A stretch of 62,640 bases of DNA from an uncultured Candidatus Poseidoniales archaeon (GTDB lineage Archaea; Thermoplasmatota; Poseidoniia; Poseidoniales; CAYMED01): contig CAYMED010000016.1 in assembly GCA_964389655.1 (NCBI GenBank), positions 1 to 62,640 on the forward strand. The letters run 5' to 3'. The notes under the pieces were generated by a model that made no database searches, had not been told where the DNA came from, and saw nothing but the letters and a program-made list of their open reading frames with translations. Shown piece by piece: positions 47,992-56,184 of the stretch. Position 1 is the stretch's first letter. Each line of letters opens with the position of its first letter. Both the position numbers and the translations under genes were made by a program.

Positions 47992-48306
47992 GTGCTAAAT
48001 CTGGGGGCTCGCGACCGCATCCGCCGCAAGGTGGCTACGATTCTAGATGATTGGATTGAACCACATGGAACTTGTTCCATGATTGATCGTCGAGTTCTTA
48101 GGGCAGTAGATGTTTCAGAGGATGGCTTAGTTCGCATTGCGATACGACCCACCCGCCCTCATTCTCCAGTCATTCTTCTCAATTTAATTGAGTTACGCGA
48201 GCGTCTCCTCAAAGAACGCCGAATTAAATCAGTAATGATACGTGTTCTAGATGTCCCAGATGAAGAGCGCTGGACTAGAGCGGTGAATGCCGGTAGAGAA
48301 TCTTGA
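47992..48306 (+). CDS. DUF59/MIP18 (Fe-S assembly P)-like small protein
   Basis: L...IEP...SMID..VL..V.V..G.V.I...PT.PHSP fits the DUF59 pattern. Confidence 0.65.
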   Translation: MLNLGARDRIRRKVATILDDWIEPHGTCSMIDRRVLRAVDVSEDGLVRIAIRPTRPHSPVILLNLIELRERLLKERRIKSVMIRVLDVPDEERWTRAVNAGRES

Positions 48307-48308
48307 AT

Positions 48309-48752
48309 TCATTCTCCGGCTTCAGGAGCTTGAGCTTCAACTCCACCACTCTGTTCTGCCAATTCTCGAAGTCGTCCTTCGGCAGCGGTCAGCTCTTCTT
48401 CGCATGCAGTCTGCAAACGCAATCCTTCTTCGAACAACTCAACGGTTTCTGTGAGGTCTAGGCCGCCACTTTCAAGTCGGCGAATAATGGCTTCAAGGCG
48501 CTCAACTTTTGCATTGTAGCCCAATGGTTCTGTGCTAGTTGCCGCAGGAGCGTTTTGTTGTGCTCTTTGCGGGATTCTACGAACTCGTCCTGGTTCTTCC
48601 GTGCTTTCCTCAACTTGCTCTTCAGCCTCGCTGCTTTCATCGTCGCTCATTTCAGCATCAGGCGCTTGGTATTCCCCACTCCCATCTGTAATTTTTGGGT
48701 CATTTTCGGCACCGACCACCTCTTCGCTGGCCTCCTCCTCTTCTTCGCTCAT
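48309..48752 (-). CDS. xseB: Exodeoxyribonuclease VII small subunit with acidic N-terminal extension
   Basis: RLEAIIRRLESGGLDL.E.VELFEEG..L...C...L..AE; directly follows xseA. Confidence 0.92.
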   Translation of the reverse strand: MSEEEEEASEEVVGAENDPKITDGSGEYQAPDAEMSDDESSEAEEQVEESTEEPGRVRRIPQRAQQNAPAATSTEPLGYNAKVERLEAIIRRLESGGLDLTETVELFEEGLRLQTACEEELTAAEGRLRELAEQSGGVEAQAPEAGE

Positions 48753-48760
48753 AGACTCGG

Positions 48761-50155
48761 CTACACGTCCTTGTCCATAGCCCCTTCCCCATTTGTTGAC
48801 ACACGAATACGACCATCTGAGAACTGCAAGTCCAGTTTGTCATGCCTGATTGCTTCAGTGGATTTGTCGATAATTGTGCCCGATTTTGGATTAATGACTT
48901 GAACCCATCCCCGCTCTAGGATGCGTATTGGATCAATGGCTTGAAGAATAGCCTGAAATCGCTCAAGCCGAATTCTAGAACGTGTCAGAATTGTTGTTGA
49001 AAGGCTACTTATACGTTGCTTTCTTTTAGCATTCTCCTTCTGATAATCTGAAAGTTGGATGTACATCGCCGTTGTAAGTGTTGGTAAGATTCGAGAAAGC
49101 CGCCCAGTTTCAGCATAAACCGTAGCACTACTGGCAGTCAAAAGTTTCCCCCTTAGATCCGACCAATGTTGTAATGCTTCATGATGCCCAATCCGCAATG
49201 ATGTGTGTAGCCTTTTTCTCCTTGCACGAACTCTTTCCTTACCTTCTACGACTTGTCGTTTAACAATTCTAGATAACGAGATTCGGTTCTCGTCAAGTCG
49301 CATCTCAAGACGATTTCGTTCAGGCACCACGAGTTCCATGGCATGAGATGGTGTGGCTGCCCTGTAGTCTGCCACAAGATCAGAAAGGAGGTGGTCGCTT
49401 TCATGCCCAACTGCTGAGACCACAGGAACAGGCATCTCTAGAATGGCTTCAACGACGGGCTCCAAATTGAATGCCCAGAGATCTTCTGGAGATCCACCCC
49501 CTCGACCAACTATAATCACATCAACCGGTGGCTCTCCTTCAAGACCTAAGCATCCATTTTCAGAAAAATGTGCGGCCTTCCAAAGGCCAGATGTGATTGA
49601 TGAGGCCGCTCTTTCACCTTGAACTGTAACTTCAAAGACTGTGATCCGTAAACGATCGTATCTTTCTCGAGCAATTCGTAACATGTCTGAAAGAGCAGCA
49701 GAACCAGGAGCTGTAACCAATGCCATATGTCTTGGAATGGATGGCAATTCCCTTGGAATACGATTGAGGTCCCCTTGCGCTTGAAGCATGGAAAGCAACT
49801 TTCGTCTTTCAGTTTCTAGTGCCCCTTGCCCCGATAACGGGCGTAGGTGCTGTACCATCAATTGCATTCTCCCTCTTGCGACAAAAATATCGATGGAACC
49901 AGTTGCCAATACCTCATCACCTTCTGATGGGTCAAAGATGGTCGATTTTGCGTATCTTGAGAACATCACACAATCAATGGATGCCTCACCGTCTGTGAGG
50001 GTGAAGTACCAGTGCCCGGACCGGTGAATCGTTGGCCGTATGAGTGCTCCTTTGACAATGATGTTTTGCAAATGAGGACTATGCCGAATTTCAGTTCTGG
50101 CCATCTTTACTAGGTCTCGAACCTCTAGGGCCGTTGGTATCTCCTGCCCCAGCAC
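48761..50155 (-). CDS. xseA: Exodeoxyribonuclease VII large subunit
   Basis: SGHWYFTL.D, AALSDM, VQGE.A, GRGGGSPEDLWAFN, SAVGHE.D, AATPS.A, P..ILERG. Confidence 0.96.
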   Translation of the reverse strand: MLGQEIPTALEVRDLVKMARTEIRHSPHLQNIIVKGALIRPTIHRSGHWYFTLTDGEASIDCVMFSRYAKSTIFDPSEGDEVLATGSIDIFVARGRMQLMVQHLRPLSGQGALETERRKLLSMLQAQGDLNRIPRELPSIPRHMALVTAPGSAALSDMLRIARERYDRLRITVFEVTVQGERAASSITSGLWKAAHFSENGCLGLEGEPPVDVIIVGRGGGSPEDLWAFNLEPVVEAILEMPVPVVSAVGHESDHLLSDLVADYRAATPSHAMELVVPERNRLEMRLDENRISLSRIVKRQVVEGKERVRARRKRLHTSLRIGHHEALQHWSDLRGKLLTASSATVYAETGRLSRILPTLTTAMYIQLSDYQKENAKRKQRISSLSTTILTRSRIRLERFQAILQAIDPIRILERGWVQVINPKSGTIIDKSTEAIRHDKLDLQFSDGRIRVSTNGEGAMDKDV

Positions 50156-50193
50156 AATTGCCCCTAGGGGCGGTGGCTCAAGAAGTCCTCCAA

Positions 50194-51675
50194 CTACCGG
50201 GACAACATTTTCAACCGCAATTTTGCAGGTACTGCATATTTCCCTGATGGGAAATTGTCGAGATAATATTGAATATCTTCAGGGTCATCACTTTCCTTGA
50301 CCAAGTTCCATGTCTCAAAGTCGGCTTCTTCGTTAATTGAATTATTTTGGAAACTTTCCAGCACGGGTTCAGAATGCTCACTCTCAGGCAATGGCTCTGG
50401 CATACTTTCTACGCGCTCAATTGCTGGTGGCGGGTTTTCAGGAGGTGTCTGTTGTTCACTGAGATCTGCCTTGTGCTCATGTTCTTGTGCGTGCCCCTCA
50501 TTTTGACTCACTATCATTGTAACTGCCGAGCTGGGGCCTTCATCAATTTCAGGGAGATCTTCTTTTTCATCATCGGTCTTGATGCCGGTGCTCTCGACCA
50601 TGGGGTGTCCGTCAACATCGTCAAGTGCTTGTTCATCTCCTCCTCCAACGTCTTCGGGTCCTCCGAAATCGTCGTCGGTCTGGATACCTGAGGCCTCGAC
50701 CATGAGGTGTCCGTCAACATCGTCAAGTGCTTGATCGTCGTCTCCAAGTTGATCAGGTTCTTGTGGTTCACCATACTTGGCGTAGAGTTCTTCCAACATC
50801 GGCCCATACCGACCTTCATAATGATCGAGTAATTTCGGAATTTTCTCCAACCTCTGACTTTTCTCAGGCTCTTCAAAATTCTCTTGATAGACACGAATCA
50901 AAATCCCCTCAACCTCATCTCTTTTCAATCTCTTTTTCTTCACTGGTGGCTTTTTCTTTGCAGCGACTTCTTTCCATGGATCATCATCCTCTTCCACTTC
51001 AGCGAGAGTTTCAGCATCAACGATATCCTCATCCATATTTCCACGAACTCTTCGCATGAATACCTCTGACGCAGAGACTTCTTTTTCTTCCGTCATTTCT
51101 TCATCTTCACCCTCTGCCTCTTTATCTATATTCGAGGATGCCTGCCGATGTTGGGAAATATCACTCCAATCCTCTTCCTCAAATTGATCGCTGAGGAGTG
51201 TATTTGCGATGTCATCATCACGGACTGCAATGGCTTTTGAGGTTTTTTCAATTTTTGCTAAATGGGACTTTCGTTCCTCTAATGCGGCAGTAGCATCGGC
51301 ATAGTCTTCTGGTGAAAAGTAACCAACAATCTTTGCATCTCCATCAACGATTAGGACAGCATCTGGTTTTTGCTCACGCATCACTTGAATTGCTTCTTCA
51401 AGAGGCAAAAATACTGGAAGCCGTATGATGTTTTCTTTGACCCAGTCTCTAGCCTTTATCGATTTTGGTTTTGTTCCTTTTTTTGCGATTGAAGCAAGAA
51501 CAGCCTCAACAGTAAGCACTCCTATAATTTCTTGTGATTTATCATCACGAAGGAAGACTGCAGCCCAAGGATCTTCTTCCAAAAGAACCGATACATCAGC
51601 CATTGTGGCCTTGGCTGAGATGAAGGCATGCTCGTCAGCGATGTTCATGTCGCCGACAACAGGTCCGCTGCTCAC
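50194..51675 (-). CDS. CBS-pair protein with long acidic low-complexity C-terminal region
   Basis: N-terminal CBS-like motifs (IIGVLT, IVGYFS..DY), a D/E-rich tail and terminal W......D...YL..FPSG.Y...A..RL. Confidence 0.7.
   Translation of the reverse strand: MSSGPVVGDMNIADEHAFISAKATMADVSVLLEEDPWAAVFLRDDKSQEIIGVLTVEAVLASIAKKGTKPKSIKARDWVKENIIRLPVFLPLEEAIQVMREQKPDAVLIVDGDAKIVGYFSPEDYADATAALEERKSHLAKIEKTSKAIAVRDDDIANTLLSDQFEEEDWSDISQHRQASSNIDKEAEGEDEEMTEEKEVSASEVFMRRVRGNMDEDIVDAETLAEVEEDDDPWKEVAAKKKPPVKKKRLKRDEVEGILIRVYQENFEEPEKSQRLEKIPKLLDHYEGRYGPMLEELYAKYGEPQEPDQLGDDDQALDDVDGHLMVEASGIQTDDDFGGPEDVGGGDEQALDDVDGHPMVESTGIKTDDEKEDLPEIDEGPSSAVTMIVSQNEGHAQEHEHKADLSEQQTPPENPPPAIERVESMPEPLPESEHSEPVLESFQNNSINEEADFETWNLVKESDDPEDIQYYLDNFPSGKYAVPAKLRLKMLSR
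50593..50733. repeat. Intragenic direct repeat, two 39-nt cores 102 nt apart (34-aa unit)
   Basis: ctcgaccatgRggtgtccgtcaacatcgtcaagtgcttg at 50593-50631 and 50695-50733 with one mismatch; encodes QALDDVDGH(L/P)MVE twice. Confidence 0.9.
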
Positions 51676-51717
51676 GCCCTAATCCCCTCCCTACTTCATC
51701 ATCAACGTTGCGACATG

Positions 51718-53079
51718 TCATTTTGGCGAAAATAATTCCCTCATCCTGTCTAAACCTTCCACAGGCCCCTGCAAAATCAACACATCTCCACCTTGTAGGT
51801 TGGTGTTTCGGTCCATTTCGAAGATAAGTTTTCCTTTTCTTCGTATTGCGATTATCCAAAGCCCGGTGTTGCTAGATAAGCGAAGGATTCCAAGTGATGA
51901 AAAGTCTCCTGTAAGAGAAAACGGGACCGATTCTATTTCATCACCCACATCTTCTGTAGTTCCATCATCTAGGTGAATTCGCAACACGGTTGATTCGGCA
52001 TCTCGCACGCTTGCTGCTAAGACGGGATGTGCATCGATATCCCGTAATGTTACGTCGGCAATGCTACGGGCAGCAGCGGCAACAGCCTCCACTGCACCCC
52101 CAAGTCGGAGCAATGCAAGTGCCCTATCTGGGCTTACCGCCTCAATATTTTCATCAGCTCGACAAGATACTGCAACACCATCTACTGCAAGTCGCTGCAG
52201 ATCATACAAATTGTCATCCATTTCTTCATCAAGATAATGAACTTCAGTGGCAATTCCTTTGTTGTCAAAGAGCAATGCAGAATAGGCCAAATCAACCATT
52301 AATTCACTCATTTCTTTCATGGCCAGAAAAAGATCAACAGGGTCACGAACATTCTGCTCCAAATCAGCCACAATCGCAGAAGTTGTAGATGATTCAGAAG
52401 GCGCAGTATCCACGTCCCCGATCCCTTCAAGGAGATCTTCTCGATCAAGCAATTCAGCTAATCGTTGATATCCACTAGAATCAGCTCTACACATGAGCAG
52501 ATCTCCTGCCTTGAGTCGCTGATCAGCATCAATACCGAATATCCAGCGCTTGGTCCTCTTTAGTGCAACCACCCTTACACCAGTTTTTGATTCAAGCAAT
52601 AGATCGCGTAGGGTTTGTAGATCAAACCCGTCATCTTTGTGGACTTCTGCTGTGTGCATGATTTCATCTGCTCGTTTCATCATAAATGGCAGTTCAAGCC
52701 TCTCATCAAGATCCGCGTCGAGCAGTTGAACAAGTTCATCAGCGGCTTCTGCCAAATCTTCTGCAGCATTTGCAACTTGCAGCAGTCCTGCGAGCTGCTC
52801 GGCAGATCTTCGGTCCCTTGCTGAAAGCATAACTGCAATCCTGATTTCATACAACAATCGGTCCATTCTCAAATTCATCGTCTCAACTTCAGCCGCAAAT
52901 GCTCGCGAATCAAATGCAATTGCAGCCCATGCCAAATCGATTGTTAATTCAGATATGTCTTTCATTTCAGTTAGGAGTGCGCGAACGGAACGTGGACGTT
53001 CACTCACCTCCTTTCTCGCTTCAACTGCGAGGGGTTCTGCTCGCACATCAGGTCGTCGGAATAGCCGCCAAGGTCTCAT
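51718..53079 (-). CDS. Tandem (PhoU-like + TrkA-C/RCK-C)x2 protein
   Basis: EMKDISEL.IDLA and AMKEMSELMVDLAYSALL; TG..V.A.KR..WIF and TG.WIIAIRR. Adjacent to MgtE. Confidence 0.85.
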   Translation of the reverse strand: MRPWRLFRRPDVRAEPLAVEARKEVSERPRSVRALLTEMKDISELTIDLAWAAIAFDSRAFAAEVETMNLRMDRLLYEIRIAVMLSARDRRSAEQLAGLLQVANAAEDLAEAADELVQLLDADLDERLELPFMMKRADEIMHTAEVHKDDGFDLQTLRDLLLESKTGVRVVALKRTKRWIFGIDADQRLKAGDLLMCRADSSGYQRLAELLDREDLLEGIGDVDTAPSESSTTSAIVADLEQNVRDPVDLFLAMKEMSELMVDLAYSALLFDNKGIATEVHYLDEEMDDNLYDLQRLAVDGVAVSCRADENIEAVSPDRALALLRLGGAVEAVAAAARSIADVTLRDIDAHPVLAASVRDAESTVLRIHLDDGTTEDVGDEIESVPFSLTGDFSSLGILRLSSNTGLWIIAIRRKGKLIFEMDRNTNLQGGDVLILQGPVEGLDRMRELFSPK

Positions 53080-53109
53080 TGATACATTCTCCCGTAGTTC
53101 TATTTGGTT

Positions 53110-54297
53110 TCAAGGGCTCCCCAACACCCACAATAGGATTGCTAAGAAAAATGTGCCAAGTAAATCAGCAGATGATGTTACATAGGGATGGACTGAATTG
53201 TCTGGGTCCCGGCCCGAGCGCCATGCACGATCTGCAATAGGTTCTGTGATTCTCAGAACGATTCCGAGTTGTGCGATCAAGATCAGTGGTGTTGCAAGAA
53301 GAACCTGTATGTTAGATTGCATGTCATTCTTCCTCCAAAGGAGCAATACTGAGAGAACTACTAGGTGCGCAATTAATGTAACAAGCAGAAGAGTTCTACG
53401 AACCCCCAAGGGGCGTTCACCCCCCTCATGAAGTGATGAGCATACCCGGCTTCCATGAATTGCAGCTGCATTTCCTCCTAACCCATTGATGATTGGAACG
53501 ATGGCTAAAATCAGAGGTACAACTGGTGCAACTCGTTCAAGAATTAATCCAGCAATTCCTCCAATCAACATTGCAAAAAGAATCGCAGTCCATCCCTCCA
53601 TTCGTGCGCGCTTTGTAGTTGAATGAATTCCGGCGACCATAAAACCCGTAATTGCAACTACGCATATCAAGCCAATAAGGCCCAATCTTACTGTATCTGT
53701 TGTGCCATCAATTGCGTGTACACATGTGATGAGAAGACCAAGTGTTACGAGATCACCAAGGCTTGCAACTAAAGGCCCACTCACATTATCTGGATTTAAG
53801 CCAAACCTACCCGCAAAAAGGACGATTGTTGTGGCTATGATCGATAAAACGAGTGCTGCAATAGCTGCAGTAACTAGACTTGCAGCAACCAACAAACGCG
53901 CATCTTGTCCGGTGGGCTGGCGTCCGAAAAACATTGCCACAATGAGGGTAAGAACAGCAGCCAGCGCACCAATGCATATTGCTTGTGTTTCAACAATCGC
54001 AAGATTTCCTATCGCAACACGGAGGCGTTCACGCGGCGTGTCTAGCAGTCCCAAATGCCAAGCAGATGTGAGCCGACTTGCAAGAGTCAACTCGATATTC
54101 CCCTTGAGGCCTAGTAGCACGGGAACAAGGACGTAGAGCAATGTTACTCTTCTGAATACATCCGTTCCTTGAGTGCTTGAAAGTAAATTTCCCGCTGCCA
54201 TCAGTCCTAGTCCACATGCAATGAGGACGGGTCCAGATTGGATGGCAAGACGTGGCCTGAGCCCGATCCGGACCGCGAGGCTCGATACAGGGGCCAT
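53110..54297 (-). CDS. mgtE: MgtE/SLC41-family divalent cation transporter with two MgtE domains
   Basis: GLKGN, NPDNV..P....GD, GGN, DPDN...PY.TS.AD..G. Confidence 0.88.
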   Translation of the reverse strand: MAPVSSLAVRIGLRPRLAIQSGPVLIACGLGLMAAGNLLSSTQGTDVFRRVTLLYVLVPVLLGLKGNIELTLASRLTSAWHLGLLDTPRERLRVAIGNLAIVETQAICIGALAAVLTLIVAMFFGRQPTGQDARLLVAASLVTAAIAALVLSIIATTIVLFAGRFGLNPDNVSGPLVASLGDLVTLGLLITCVHAIDGTTDTVRLGLIGLICVVAITGFMVAGIHSTTKRARMEGWTAILFAMLIGGIAGLILERVAPVVPLILAIVPIINGLGGNAAAIHGSRVCSSLHEGGERPLGVRRTLLLVTLIAHLVVLSVLLLWRKNDMQSNIQVLLATPLILIAQLGIVLRITEPIADRAWRSGRDPDNSVHPYVTSSADLLGTFFLAILLWVLGSP

Positions 54298-54375
54298 GAC
54301 CTACTCACCAAACGGCGCTAGAGGTCATGCGATTGAATCTTCTGCGCTAAATTCGGGTCAGTGGTCATTCAATAA

Positions 54376-54681
54376 TTAGATTGGAGGGCGTAAATCAATC
54401 TCAATTGGGCTTTCAGGTTTTGCCACACATGCAAGAAATGCACCTTCTTCAATCCAGTTCTCATCAATTCCAGCTGGAAGTGGGTCTGGGTGAGTCACTG
54501 CACCATTTTTCAATGTCATCATACAGGTGCCACAAGTCCCAGATTGGCAATTCGATGGGACTTCTAACCCCGCCTTCCTCAGTGCTTCAAGCAATACAAC
54601 AGATGGGTCAGATTCGAAGGATTTGATGAGTCTAGAACCTCTCCACACGAGGACCGGCACGGTATTTTGTCCCTTGTCCAT
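54376..54681 (-). CDS. 2Fe-2S ferredoxin
   Basis: CQSGTCGTC...LAC (C-x4-C-x2-C-xn-C). Confidence 0.92.
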   Translation of the reverse strand: MDKGQNTVPVLVWRGSRLIKSFESDPSVVLLEALRKAGLEVPSNCQSGTCGTCMMTLKNGAVTHPDPLPAGIDENWIEEGAFLACVAKPESPIEIDLRPPI

Positions 54682-54735
54682 AGTAACCGAGAGGCATACA
54701 AGAGATCAAGGAGCCCCCCCCTCAGGCAGGTTAAC

Positions 54736-56184
54736 GTGTGGACAGGTGACTTATTCGTCCGCGGCGGGTGCTTGGTTAGTCCATCTGGTATAATGGACGC
54801 AGACCTTCGAATTCAGAATGGCATTATTACTGAAATTGGTACAGATTTAGAGGAAAAAAGTGATTCCCTGCCCCTAATGGATTGCATTCGCAACGGACAC
54901 TTTGATGCTCCAAAAAGAGGCGTGGAGATTGTTTTTGATGCGGCAGGACTAGCGGTTCTTCCAGGCCTTATCGACCCGCAAGTGCATTTCCGAGATCCTG
55001 GACATCCAAACAAAGAGACCTTTGAATCAGGAAGTGCGGCGGCTCTTGCGGGTGGAATTACTTGCGTGCTTGATATGCCAAATACCGTTCCTTCTACCAC
55101 AACCGTTGAACGAATGAAAGCACGCCTTCTCGAGGCCGAATCTCGCTCATTTGTGCGGCATGGATTCTTTGCAGGTGCATCTCCAGAGCACTTTGGGGAG
55201 TTGCCGAATATGGTTGGGGGACCAAGTAAAAGTGGAACAAGAATGCGGGGTGTAATCGGAACAAAAGTATTCATGGGAAGTTCAACAGGTGATCTGCTGG
55301 TCGACCAAATTGAAGATTTAGAGCGTGTTTTTGAGCTTACAGATGGGCCAGTTGCAGTGCATGCTGAGGATAATGCGCGCCTCAATTCACGCGCCTCTCT
55401 TTTTTCCAACCGAGTTGATATTGCCGCACATGCCGAATGGCGTGATGTAGAATGTGCATTACTCGCCACAAAAGCAGCAGTTGAGGCGGCTGAGTCCCAT
55501 AAAAGCCGGTTGCATGTTCTCCATTTAACAAGTGGCGAAGAGGCAAATTGGCTACGTGGCCGGACTGGGGACCGCATCACGACAGAGGTACTCCCCCAGC
55601 ACCTTACATTTGCAGAAGAGGACGTAGAACGAGAAGGAACCCGGCTCAAAATGAATCCCCCCATTCGAACAGTAAAGGATCGTGATATACTTTGGGAACG
55701 TCTACACGATGGCACAATTGGGGCGATTGCAACGGACCACGCACCACACACACTTGCCGAAAAATCAGTATCTAGGGCCCTGGATGCGCCATCAGGAATG
55801 CCAGGAGTTGATACATCTCTAGCCGTTATGATGACACACCGGGATTCGGGGAAGTGCAGCCTTTCGGATATTGCCCGTTGGATGTCAAAAACACCTGCTG
55901 ACATTTACCAACTTGATCGTTTAGGTCGGTTGGATATTGGATGTGCCGGTGACCTTGCATTCGTTGACTTAGGCCTTGAGCACGAACTTTCAGATGCAGA
56001 TTCGTGGAGCAAAGTTGGCTGGACTCCTTTTCGTGGTCGCAGCCTGACCGGGTGGAATCGTTTGACGGTGATTGCAGGTATACCCGCGTTTGAGCGTTTG
56101 AATGACGATTGGAGCAAAGGTAATCTCCTCGTTAAAAAGGGGTCAACAGGCTGCTTAGTTGAGGTCAAAGGGGATCAAGTCTAA
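54736..56184 (+). CDS. pyrC: Dihydroorotase (long, multifunctional-complex type)
   Basis: PGLIDPQVHFRDPG, DMPNT.P, KVFMGSSTG, HAED, KMNPP.R, ATDHAPH, PSG.PGV. The GTG at 54736 avoids overlap with the ferredoxin gene. Confidence 0.88.
   Translation: MWTGDLFVRGGCLVSPSGIMDADLRIQNGIITEIGTDLEEKSDSLPLMDCIRNGHFDAPKRGVEIVFDAAGLAVLPGLIDPQVHFRDPGHPNKETFESGSAAALAGGITCVLDMPNTVPSTTTVERMKARLLEAESRSFVRHGFFAGASPEHFGELPNMVGGPSKSGTRMRGVIGTKVFMGSSTGDLLVDQIEDLERVFELTDGPVAVHAEDNARLNSRASLFSNRVDIAAHAEWRDVECALLATKAAVEAAESHKSRLHVLHLTSGEEANWLRGRTGDRITTEVLPQHLTFAEEDVEREGTRLKMNPPIRTVKDRDILWERLHDGTIGAIATDHAPHTLAEKSVSRALDAPSGMPGVDTSLAVMMTHRDSGKCSLSDIARWMSKTPADIYQLDRLGRLDIGCAGDLAFVDLGLEHELSDADSWSKVGWTPFRGRSLTGWNRLTVIAGIPAFERLNDDWSKGNLLVKKGSTGCLVEVKGDQV

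Noticed and set aside
54813-55904. 363-aa antisense ORF
   Set aside because: It lies wholly opposite pyrC, which has full family motifs, and its Ser/Arg-rich translation is typical of a shadow ORF. The same applies to the other short overlapping ORFs in the track.
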